DNA from: Paragordius varius
Taxonomy: Eukaryota > Animalia > Nematomorpha
Assembly (NCBI GenBank): GCA_964247055.1
Contig: OZ176053.1
Location: 6,882,001 to 6,946,000, forward strand
DNA: 64,000 nucleotides
Direction: 5' to 3'
The notes under the pieces: generated by a model
The model's input: only the letters and a program-made list of their open reading frames with translations
Databases searched by the model: none
What the model was told of the DNA's origin: nothing
In this document: positions 1 through 11,973 of the stretch, in pieces
Layout: the number at the start of each line of letters is the position of its first letter
How positions within the stretch are numbered: position 1 is the stretch's first letter
Program-made: the position numbers and the translations under genes

Positions 1-344
1 AAAGTTTGAGCTATTTTCATCCATTAGTTTTAAAAATATAATAATTAAAAACAAATGCTCTCGCTTCGCGCGTTTGCCGTTCTTTGTGTCCAATATTAAC
101 TGTCGATGTAATACATATTAGTATGCGTTTTATAGAGTTTTTATTACTCTTTCGAATGATATATTACAAATGGGCATTACTTGTATATTTTCAAAGAAAA
201 ACATTTTTAAGTATTGATAAAGAGGGGGCATAATCAAAAATCAAATTAAACAAAATTCTTCCATCGAGTTTATTTCACATTTACTGATGATACTAAATAT
301 CAGAAACAAAAAACTCGAGTGGCAGAAAAATTTGTTGTCCAGTG
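1..344 (-). mobile_element. Terminal part of a non-autonomous CACT(A/G)-terminus DNA element, same family as 29099-30224
   Basis: 1-344 is the reverse complement of about 29099-29466 with scattered mismatches. It ends TTGTTGTCCAGTG (minus strand CACTGGACAACAA) followed by TAA. Confidence 0.75.
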
Positions 345-426
345 TAATTAATTTTAAAATATATTTAGCTAAATGATATTTTCTATAACGATATATGTAC
401 TAAGCATTTATATAATATTTTTTTAG

Positions 427-2801
427 GCTTTGCTAAAAACGATCACTTTCAAAACACAGGACTTACACAAAATAAATAAGCAATTCTTAGTAGAATATTC
501 AAAGGTATAATATCGTATTAATCTTAATTTGATGCATATTATATTAATATAATACTATATTCATATGCAGTTCTTTTGCACAGCAAATAAGCCATATTTT
601 AGAGATCTTCTACCAACTATTAGTGACCACCTCCAAGGTCCCCAAAGGTTTGCTACTTATTTTATTTTCTATTTAGATATATAAAAACTTTCGTTCTAAA
701 AAATAATTTCTATATTTTCCTTACATTTTCAATCGCACTAACAAATCATATCATTCCTGTATTATATTATTAGAAATAGAGGTGCAGAATATGAAGGTGT
801 CCTGCTTAATTTAATCATACTTAACTAATGTATCATAAAGCAGTCGATAATCAATTTATAATCATTTTTATAATTTATTTAAGTAGGATTACTGCTCCTG
901 TCCAATATTTAACAAAGATTTTACAGTACCTACATAATGTTGGTCATGATTGAAATTAAATAATTTTTTCTTCCTTTTAACATTAATTTGTCATTGAATT
1001 ATGGACAAATTTTGCTCTATCATAAGCTTTGGTAACATCAATTGGTCAACTATAAAGTGGGGCTATTGTACTATGCCTCTTGTTTCAAAAATTTAATTAT
1101 AAATTTTAAAAAATATAAAAAAAATAAAAATGCTTAACTAAACTATATATTTTTTCAAGTCCATGTTACCAATTTAAAATTAAAATATAATCCCATGTTA
1201 TGCCACAAAAATATTTTGCAGATCCCTAAATTTTATATTTTAATGCAAATTATATTGTCTAAAATCTTGCTTCACACAAATCTAGGTTAGTCAACTACCC
1301 TAATTTCTTAAATATATAGAATATACTAGTAAGTCTACATAATTGGGTTTATTATATTATGCCTAGTAAAATTTGTTTGATTACATAAAATTCATATTTA
1401 GAGCACGCACTTTATTGCTGGTCACTTCACATTATTTTTGGCCATTGGCAATACAGTAGCATATAGATGGTCATTGGCGTATCGAGCATTTGCGGCGTCC
1501 GCCCCCCTCTCCTTTCTTGAAAGCCAATTTTTTCAATCTTCTTTCTGCCTCTTTTTAAGTAGTAAATGCTTTTCGATGATTGAGGCTATTTTCATGATGG
1601 ATTAATTTATCTTTTATTCTCCTTTTATTTAAACCATGCTTAGTTATAAAAGATGATGGTAAAAAATTAAATCGACCAATAAGTAGGCAACAAAAACAAT
1701 ACGTAGATCTGTTTTTTGGTGAATCTAAAAGTCAAGACCTCAACTTCGAATCCTTCTTTTCGACACGTCAAAAATCCAAGATTGGAGCATTGAACGGTGA
1801 TCTATAGGTATAGCGCTTGAATTACTAATGGCATATTTGTAGTTCTCATCTCTATTTATTGGATAAATAACTAGGGTTTCAGGTGTGTTTAAATGGTATT
1901 AAAAGGAGTACCGTTATGTTTGTGTCGCATACACTTTTTTCAATGTTATGGTCAGATATTTTCGTTAAATAAGATTTCATACTCATTCACATTTTATTCT
2001 CTTTATGGGTTTTCGTTTTCTATTTGCCTAACCGCTGAGTTTAGGCATTAATATCTGATGAAAATGAAAGTAATTATAAAAAGGGCAAGGCTATATTGAT
2101 AATAAAAACCAACCTTGTTAGAGATGGAATGATCTTGGAAATTTAAATAAAAATTGGGTTTTGAAATTGAATATGATTGAAATAAAAATGCAATTATAAA
2201 TTATAAAAATAAGAGATAAGGTTTTCAACACAGAATGAACTTAAAATATTTAATAAAGACAATAAAAGAATTAACAATATGTGCGTGATAAAGAAACGTT
2301 TTTTAAGCGAAAAAATAAGTTTGCACATGTTGAAGGGAGTGCATTGCATAATATTTGCTCTTGATCTTTTTAATATAATTTTTATATTACAGATTATTAC
2401 GTAAACTGCTGAAAAATCTTATTTGAAAGTTGTTATTATTTTTGCATTTAAATTTAATTAGAATTTAGGCGCCCCTAAATAACGGCGCCCGGGGCAAGAT
2501 GCATCTCCTTGGCCCCCAGTAGAATATAAATGGAGATTAAACATTTTTTTATATTACATACAACATTAAATTGTATATTTAATGATGGACAAAATAAGCT
2601 TTATACTATACGCAACTGTATTGCCAAAGTGGGTACTGTTATCACGCGTTGTAATAACTGTAAATATAGTTTCATTAACTAAACATTATTTTTATTTTTT
2701 GCTTTTATAGGATCGATTTAACAATGCAAAATTTTGATCCCTATTACGACACCTTTTTCTGCAAAAAACCGATCTCTGTTTATGAATGCAATTATATATA
2801 A
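427..2801 (+). CDS. 3' exons of an M13-family (neprilysin/ECE-like) peptidase paralogue; 5' part lies outside the window
   Basis: Exons about 427-504 (ALLKTITFKTQDLHKINKQFLVEYSK), 569-645 (FFCTANKPYFRDLLPTISDHLQGPQR) and 2711-2801 (IDLTMQNFDPYYDTFFCKKPISVYECNYI*). They match the last three exons of the 5568-11589 gene in sequence, length and phase. Confidence 0.8.
1474..2520 (-). mobile_element. Decayed hAT (Tip100/ZMYM1-like) remnant in an M13 intron
   Basis: Minus-strand broken reading DHRSMLQSWIF...STYCFCCLLIG resembles the TTF zinc finger of hAT transposases. GC-rich terminus-like tracts occur at both ends (CATTGGCGTATCG; GGCGCCCC...GGCGCCCGGGGCAA). Confidence 0.4.
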
Positions 2802-3263
2802 CACAAGATATGTCCATGTCATTTTAAATTTTACCTCTCATAAATAAATTAGTATTATCCATAAATTAGTACTATTGTGACGTTTAGAGGGTATGGTAAA
2901 AAATATTAATAGTTCTTAAAAATAGAAAATGTTCGGTAATAATCTTTTTGTTTTAATATCGTTATAGTAGTAATATATGACAAAAACTTGAAAATATTAT
3001 CTCCTGCAACACGGTTAATTTTTATGTGCTACACGATGTGGTTTGAAAATTCAAAAATGAACTTATGTGGTGAGCAAAAACGAATAGTATTAGAAGAAGG
3101 TTGGGTCAGAGGCGTAGCTTGCATTTCGGGGGGCCCGTTGCATAAATCCGTGATGGCACCCCTCTCCCTCCATCACCCCTTGCATTTTACAAAAATAATC
3201 AAATTCAAACTGCACCCATAAATGGGTGTTATGTATTATTTAAAATAATAACTTTTCAGTCCT

Positions 3264-3390
3264 CTTGTACAGCCCATAAAAGTGTATACCTCACAGACAT
3301 TGGACAGTAAAGATAAAGCACTTGAAGTTACTGAAATGAGAATGCTTAGATTGATGTGCGGTATAACGAGGAAAGACAAAGTGAAGAATT
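3264..3390 (+). mobile_element. Short RTE LINE fragment
   Basis: Translates VQPIKVYTSQTL...LEVTEMRMLRLMCGITRKDKVKN, homologous to [12 protein letters not shown]...[21 protein letters not shown] in the 27828 ORF. Confidence 0.75.
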
Positions 3391-3632
3391 TATCCATTTT
3401 GCAAAGATCTAAATTGTGATCATTAAATTTCTACATCAGCTAAATAGCTTAAACGAATATTATGCATCATTTTAATTGATAACAAAAGAGCGTTTTTGGA
3501 ATCCTTGATTAGTTTGTTTCATTAAACTTGCGATGCCAGTAAACACTATATTTTAAATAACAGTTTTAATTTAAATTCGTATAACCAACTGCATTTATAC
3601 CAAAATTGCAAAGTTGGATATATATACGAAAT

Positions 3633-3735
3633 CGATATGTGAAAATCCCAAGTCAAATAGTTGTGTCGTACTGATGAGTGCTAACAAGCACGAAACTAGT
3701 CTGCGATTACTATTGACGAAGGGTTTCACATATCG
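3633..3735 (+). ncRNA. Minimal type I hammerhead ribozyme in an extended hairpin
   Basis: Core CTGATGA (3671-3677), stem II GTGC/GCAC with loop TAACAA, GAAA (3692-3695), stem III AC-TA-GT, cleavage triplet GTC (3699-3701). Stem I is TCGTA/TGCGA, and the flanks CGATATGTGAAA/TTTCACATATCG pair perfectly. Confidence 0.85.
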
Positions 3736-5567
3736 TTTATAATTTCTATTTATAATTTCATTTAATATCTATTTAATTATCCTTTATCGTTATATTACGG
3801 ATTTTAACAACTGTTATTACAAAATATAAACAATCCGTTCATTACCATTACTATATATTAAACTTCTAATAATATGTCGTTTTGGTATAAAATTGTGTTT
3901 ATGATTCATTTGATCACTTTTTCAAAAATCCCAATAGGTCTTCCCTACAGTTAATGACCATTTTTCAGAAAAATATCTGAGGGTTCAAATTCGATATTAA
4001 CATTCATTTTTATAATAAAATTTTTACTAAAAAAGAGATTTCTGTATTTGACAAAAATGTTTAATTATAACAAATACATGCAATATCGGAGAATATAAAA
4101 AGATAAATGTCTGAACGACTATTCTTGGACTTGCATTCTACTAAAAAGACCCTTTTAAAAAGTTTACTGATTTATAATATATATTTTATTTAATTTAATG
4201 AAGAAAATATTATTTTGGATATAAAATTAAATCAACTACTCTATTATAATGACATCATCGTCCTAGATCGCAATACTGGATGTATCGTTGTCATGTTGGA
4301 GATTTATTTAATAGAGATAAGTTTCTTCCTTATCTAATGGATATCATAAGTATTTTTTTGCATAGAAAAACTTGAATATATATATTATTTTAGTAGAAGT
4401 ACATTTTGAAAGTGATTAAATTCACATTCAAATTCATACGTCCAAAAATCTTTAAAATACGTAAATGGCCGAGTTTTTGTGACATTAATTGTTAAATTGT
4501 GGCTAATTAAAAAATAACTAAATAAGATATTGGCTGCTCCTACTGTTTATTAATAACCCGAATTTGTATAAACTGTTATAAAAAACGAGTTTTAAATGAG
4601 TATGGTCCATAAAAAATGGTGATTGAAAAGGTCCGTATCTTGATAGGCACAATCATAGTTAGATTAATTTATCATAAAATGCTAATTGATAAGCAGATCT
4701 TTAGTGTTAAAGTTTAAATTAAAAATTTGAACATATAAAACTTGCTGACGCACGAGGTTATCTTGAAAATGATTAAATATTTTAGATAAGTGGGATAAAT
4801 TCAATAGTATGGGTATGGATTGTCATAAATCGCAAGAGACAAAGATCATTTAACCAATTAATTATATGGTAATATTTAAAATATTATATTAAAATGAAAT
4901 GTTTATCTATTTTTCCTTTTATATTTTTTCTTTATAATTTTACTTTATTTGCTGTACAATAACGACAGAATTAAAATCTGCCTTGGTCGTCACAGGAAAC
5001 GGAAAAAGATTTATAAATGCTGCCAACTAACGCATAAAACTTATCATTATAGATATGTCATGATTTTGTCACCCGGTCCATGCAAAATAACTAACTACTA
5101 AGTTAAATCGTTATATATTTTCCGATAATACCATCAAATACTGATAATCATTCGTGCTGTTAAGAAATCAATTTTTATTTTTAGAATATTACGAGGAAAA
5201 TTTAAAAATTACTGTTTATAGTTTACAATGTTTTTTTTGCAACCGAAAGGGGGTTAATATATATATTATACATGTCATTATTGATATATGTATGTTTAAT
5301 GTCATTCTCTTAATTACAAATGTTTGCCTACAGGCATACCCATTTTCGCTAAATAAATAATAGCGTAACATCGTTCACTTTAACTTATTGCCTTCATTAT
5401 TCGTAGAAATTCACAACGGAAGAAATCGGAATTGATGCCCAGTAAAATAAAAATTAGGAAGAAAACGGGTCCCGTTTCTCAGAATATTTGGTAAATTTTA
5501 CTATATAAACACCTTAATAAATTTGAAAAATAAGTTATATCTAATAACTTTTCAAATGCTAAATTTA

Positions 5568-8500
5568 ATGACCATTTCCATCTATAATATAATTTCATGT
5601 GTATTATGTTTTTCGGTATTGTTAGACAATGTACCAGGTATTTTTAAACTATATCAATTTTAGGTGTTATTTTTAATATCATAGCAATTATGTGATTCAT
5701 TTATATAAAACTAATTTTCATTATTATAAAAGAAAAAAATATTTTTTTACAGGAATCTCATCTTTGCCCTTCAAATTGGACAACAAGAATGACCCTTGCA
5801 AAAATTTATATGAGTTTGCTTGCAAAGATTTTTCTTACAACTTTACTGCCGTTGAAAGGAGTGGAGACCGATTCAGCAAAACATCTAACAGTATTAAAAG
5901 ACAAGTTTTTGGTAATTATTTATTAAGTAATTTATATTATTATACAGTATGAATAAGTATACATTGCAATTTTTTCCCTAATTATTGCCAGAGTAAACAG
6001 TAAAGAGAATAAATATTGACTAATAATAGTTAAAGTTTAATTATAACTATAGGCCAATTATGCCCTTTTCTGAATATGATTTCGCTCGCAATGTATAATA
6101 AAAATCTCACACTACTGTATTATCTGTATAAATATTAATAGATTGTGTATACTTTTAACTTAATTAAAATGTCTATTTTTGTTGTTTTTTTGTTTTTTCA
6201 GATTATTTGCTGAGTAAAAGGAATGACCACAACACTTTTGAAAAGTTAATGTACACCTTTTATCGATCATGTCGTACTCGAAAATGGCAAAAAAGACAAC
6301 CGATTAATTACACCAATATTTTTGAAACCTTTGCTTTATATAGTGAAGTTAGGCCAATTTTTACACGGGCCAACATTGATAAGAATGAGGAATTGAAAAC
6401 AAGCGTGGCACCTTTTCTAGATTTATGGCTTAATGAGCAACACGAAAGAAAAGGATTATTAGTATCAAGTGAAGACACAAAAAAATTTATTATTGAAAAG
6501 TTGATTGGCCAATTTGAAGATATGGAGGGCATTCACTTTGTGTACGCTACACCTCATATGTCTGAACCCAAATTTTTTGATAATCATGTCGTTATGGAAA
6601 ATTACAAAGCCTATGTAAATGCTATCCTATCGCCCTGGGGTTTCGCCCCAATCGACGTAAAATCTATAGTAGATTTGGAACGAGAACTTGCTATGGTGAT
6701 TGTATTACTCCTCCAAAATATATAAACAATTATTATTTATTTATTATTTTCTTTTTTGGGACACTTGTAAAAGTGAGCTTTACGAAGTTGATAATTTAGC
6801 TTTAAGTTGGCTGTCATATAAGCATATTTATAAATTCCAAACTTAATAAAGAGATAATTTCAATAAATGAACATAAATTTTATACATGCAGATTAGAAAC
6901 GCAACCGTATATGCCAAATCAAAAGATTACCAAAATGTAAATGACTTATTGAACGATTTTCCAATGGTATATATATAATTTTTAAATACTTATATATTAT
7001 TACCTAATATATTGTTTTTATTATATTTTTATTTGTATTTAGTTAAGGTTGTCCCTGAAAGATATAGACTTGGGGAATTCGCCGATCAAAGAAATTCCGA
7101 TCGCATATCTTTCAAAAGTAGACCATCTGTTGCAAAACAAATATTACAATAGTAGATCTGGAATAAGGTTTTTATAGTTGTTTTTGCTTTAACACTTACA
7201 GTTGTTAAGTTTTTATTTCTCATATTTTAATATACTTTTAATCAGAATTACCTAAAAAAAACGAAAAATGGGTAGTCGTATTTAGTTTTAAAATTATTTT
7301 CAATTTAAAATGTTGATGTTAACAAAGTAGAAGTAATGTTTTATACACAGCAAAATAATATAGAAATGCTAAAATAATATCTTCCTATAAGGAGACATTT
7401 TTTTGTTTTTTGAATATATCCTATTGTTTTGGTATTTTACAATTATAATCATTTCGGTTATAAAGTCTATTAGTTGATAATAATTTTAATTTTTACTGTA
7501 TTTTACACAAGAACGTTGTACATCTACCTCATATACAATCATTTGCTCTCAAATTTACACTATATCCACACAAACACATCCATGTATTATCAAGACTTGG
7601 TTTGCCCATACATTAATGGCTGTTTTGAAAGGAGTGAGGAGCCTAATTACTGTTATTTGAATACGCAATCGCGTTTTCCCGAAGTCTACAATGATATTGC
7701 TTATAAAATTTTAGCCAGGTCTACTGATGAAATACGAGAGGTAAAATATTCAAAATTAATTAGGGTTGATTTGACCGGTCGAATGAAATGACTTTTTAGA
7801 TATTTTTGGGCATACCGGATCGGCATTATGTAGATGTTTTAACTAATTAAAAAACAAATCCAATCCTTGCTTTTAAATGTCAAAAATCAATATATTAAAA
7901 TTATTTTAATATCGACAATCACGGTCAGTTTGAATTTATATTACACAACCCTATTCCGTTTTGTAATGTAGCTGATTACTTTACACATGAAATTATTTAT
8001 TATCGAATAGGTGGATAACATATTTGATCTAATACGAAAGGAAGCCGTCTTCACAATTAAAAAAAGTGACAATTTGCCACAAACTCTCAAAGCCAAAGTA
8101 GTGGAAAAGGTAGCCTAATTTATTGTATTGTTTTAATATATTTACAATAAACACAAAGAAAAACTATTAACACTCAAATACAGATCATTTTCATATGTCC
8201 TTTGATACGAATCGGGTCGTTGACAACCTCATCCTTTTTTAAATTAAATAACTAACAATGTGTGTAATATATTGATTGAATCGATTCCAAACTCTCACCT
8301 ATATCACATTGGTTGATGCACTAAAATTTAAAAAATTTATCCAAATTCTATTTAATGGTTTATACCCAGAGCAGAAGAAACACATTTTAATGAATGCATG
8401 AGTAAAAAAAAATATCGCTGATTAAACTGTTTATCTGTATTTTTTTAATATACTGCTCAATGATTAACTCATTATAGTTGTAGAATAAAAAACATTATAT

Positions 8501-10484
8501 TTTTCTAAATTTCCGAAAACTTATATGTTTATATACTTTTTCTCAAAACTAAATGCCAAAATCATATTTAAAAATTTTTTTATTAGTTACATTTTTAAAT
8601 TTAACCAATAATGTTGCTATCCACAATTACTTTTACACTTTTTTCCGAATTCGGATGGGTTTAATTTGAATTTTCATTAATTATTTAATAAATTTTGTAT
8701 ATTATTATAGCTGAACTCATTAAAGCTCGACATTTATCCAAAACACTCGGGAACGAAAAATCGCAAAACTGTAGGAAACAGATATGAAAAAGTAATTATA
8801 TAAACCAAGGAATTGTTGTTTGATATTATAAAGTTTCTAACGGTTAAATAAAGCCTTGATTCAAATTAATTAATTTAAATAAAAAAGGGAAAATGTTAAG
8901 GTAAATTATGCAAAATAGTCTAAAATAAACAATCGTTCTTGTTTCATGAAATATCACCATTCCAAAAGGTTTTAATTCTAAGTTAACTTTGAAAAATAGG
9001 AATCATTTAATTGATACGTTAATCAAAATTACATAACAATATAAGGTTAATTTTAATAATAGAAGATATAATGCCAAAAATATTGAGAATGAGTCAGAGT
9101 ATGGTGGTTAATAATTCATTATCTATATTTTATAGATTAAACTGCGCATCGATGATTACGATTATAACTGCGAGATTATGAAAAACATGTAAGTTTTTAA
9201 AGATGCTATTAAATTTTGATTTTTTAAGGCTATAAATGTTTATATTTCAAAAAAAAACTTTTCTAATTTTTATATTAATAAAAATTTTTGTTTGCTTTAA
9301 AGCAAGGGTTTCCAACACATTTTGCGGGTCGCATTCGAAAATGACATTAAAAAATATTTTAACAGATGTCAAACGTTAGACTATTACGAACACAATATAT
9401 AACTACTATTTATTTCACTAATTTTTACTATTCGTTGACATCATTTGGCCATTATGAAAATTATTTAGCTGATTTCTGAAAATTATGGTGCATCGTATAT
9501 TAGCAGTCTCCGTCGCGGGCTGCGGGCTAAGTGTTGGACACCCCTGCTTTAAACCTTACTTTTTCATATGATAAAAGTATTAAAATGAGTTTTGTGAATT
9601 TGATTATTAAATAGATTTAATTTTTAGCATTTATTCTTTTATTTTTTCCAGTACTTCATCAGCACGATATATGATATTAACCAACGCGGAATATGATTCT
9701 GACACTAATACGATTGGTATGGAAATTTTATTGCTATTTAGAGTCGTCAGCATAAAAGATTTTATAATAACTTTTTAGGTAGTTAACTGCTTTTGATTTT
9801 ATATTTTCACTTAAATAATATCCATTTAACCCATTTTCATCTATCCATTTGTCTTTTGTTAAAACTTTTTAAATGTATTGTTAAAAGTGCAATGTTTCAA
9901 CTTATTTAAAATATTTTAAAATTGAACCGATTTTATAAATATTCTGCACAATATGAGCCATAGGACCATTAAAAAAGAATCATGCATATTGGTAAATTAG
10001 CCAGTATGGTTTAGATGGCTGAGATGTGAAAATTTATGCTAACACTTTTGTAGATGACCAATTTGAAACGCTATATAATTAAAAACACTTAAAAATTTGA
10101 GATAGTGTCGTATTATGATGTTCATAAGGTCATTTTAAGTCGTGGCCCATTTTTTCAATAAATTTTAAATATTTTCGCTTTAAGTGTAATTTAATTGATG
10201 TCAAACTATGTAAAAATTTGGGCCACATCGAAAAATTAACAATGATACATTCACTTAAATAGCATTTATTAAGTTAACTTTATTTCTATTGAAATTAATA
10301 TACCATACCATACAATTTATTACTCAAGTTATGGGGTTGGGAATGCTTCAAGACGATCTATATGATCCAAAAGAATCCAATGTTGCCAAGTTTGCTAAAG
10401 TTGGAACATTATTATCACATGAAATGATGCATACAATAAATTATGGTAAAACTAATTTTATATTTTTGTAAAATTTATATTAAT

Positions 10485-10526
<42 letters not shown>

Positions 10527-11589
10527 GGTGTTATAAGTTATTTTGGAATCACAAGAAGATACTCCTTCCTTAAATTGCTTTAACAAATTAATCAAACCGT
10601 ATGCTACCAAAATCAAATGGGTAAAATAATTAATATACATAAACTTTAATTTTTCAATTTCTAATACAATCCATTCTTTTTTGATCTTAGAAATCAAGTT
10701 TTATTTTGGATGAATCATTGGCTGATTACTACGGATTCCGGATTGCATATCAAGTACGATTTTCTTATAATATTTGTTTTTATAAATTAATTCTAAACAT
10801 TTTTTTACAATAAAAATTTTTAGGTTTATATTATTTATTTTAATTTGAAATATACCCTAAATATATCTAATAAATCAAACTTTTAATTGTCAGGCTATGA
10901 TGAAATTCGTTCGACCCAAACACCATGAAATAATAAAAATCAATCGGGCGTTTATGTTGGAATACGCAAGGGTATATATCTATAGTTTACGATTAGTTTT
11001 ATTTAATAGATTGATTTAATTTAATATATATTATTTTAATATAGTACTTTTGCTCAGTGACCAAACCGTATTTCAAAGATCTTTTGCCATTAAGTGATAG
11101 TCATTTATCCTCAAAAGACAGGTTTTTATCATTTAAAATATATTTGTGCCTTGTTTAAAAAACTATAAATCATAGCATCATATATTTGTTAATTAAACTG
11201 GTTAATGCTATTCAAAATATCAAAGACAATACTGAAATATTTTAATTATTTAAATATAATATATAAGTTCTTATATATGCCAAATTATATATAATTGACT
11301 TATTTTCAAAATATGATCCGATCAATTAACATTAAATTTATGATATATCAAAAAATTATATAAATATATACATTCGAATAACCTCAAAAACTATGGATGA
11401 TGTTTTGTAATTAACATGTTTGATAATAATAAGAGATTACTTTAAATATGATAGAAAAGAAAATTAATTAACCTATAAGTTTATTTTTATTTCAGGACTA
11501 CTCTGGCATTACAAAACTTTGTACCTTACTACGACAGTTTTTCATGCAAAAGGCCTGCTGCCACCATTTATGAATGCAATTATATATAA
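5568..11589 (+). CDS. Secreted M13-family zinc metallopeptidase (neprilysin/ECE-like), about 16 exons
   Basis: Exon 1 (5568-5637) encodes the signal-peptide-like MTISIYNIISCVLCFSVLLDNVP. Later exons give DPCKNLYEFAC, FYRSC, TNAEY (NAFY-like), the zinc motif HEMMH (about 10417-10431), ESLAD (ExxxD), DSH...KDR, and a C-terminus SCKRPAATIYECNYI*. All junctions traced are GT-AG and keep frame. Confidence 0.88.
9303..9546. mobile_element. hAT (Buster/Charlie-type) MITE, about 244 bp
   Basis: TIRs CAAGGGTTTCCAACAC and GTGTTGGACACCCCTG; flanking 8-mers CTTTAAAG / CTTTAAAC (7/8 target-site duplication). Confidence 0.8.
10488..10522. repeat. (TA)n microsatellite in an M13 intron
   Basis: Uninterrupted TA run. 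Confidence 0.95.
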
Positions 11590-11973
11590 ATATTTTACTC
11601 TATAATTTAATGCATTATAAATTTTTATCAAATAAACTATATTTTATATTTATGAATATTGTTTGGATTTTCTGTAATAATGGTAAAAATTAAAAATTAA
11701 ACCCTTGAATAGTAATCGCATACGGGTTTCATGTTGAGCACTCATTAGCACGACACAAATATTTGACTAGGGTTTTCAATTAAAATGCCAACTTTGCAAT
11801 TACGGTGTAAATGCAGTCGGTAATGTGAACTTAAACAAATACTATGGATATCGAGTGTAACAACTTTGGTTTATTAGTAATATCTTTATTAACTAAGCAA
11901 CATTCTAAATAAACCGAGATAAATATCGTTTATAATTTTACGGAATCATAAATGATATAGAATTACTCTAAAA

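Noticed and set aside
3930-4300. Possible Penelope-like RT remnants downstream of the hammerhead (e.g. DIIVLDRNTGCIVVML)
   Set aside because: Only faint motif resemblance, many stops and no continuous frame; needs a translated profile search.
5638-5663. Apparent 26-nt GT-AG micro-intron near the M13 start
   Set aside because: Using it leads to a stop. The donor at 5638 joins cleanly to the acceptor at about 5752, so it is part of a longer intron.
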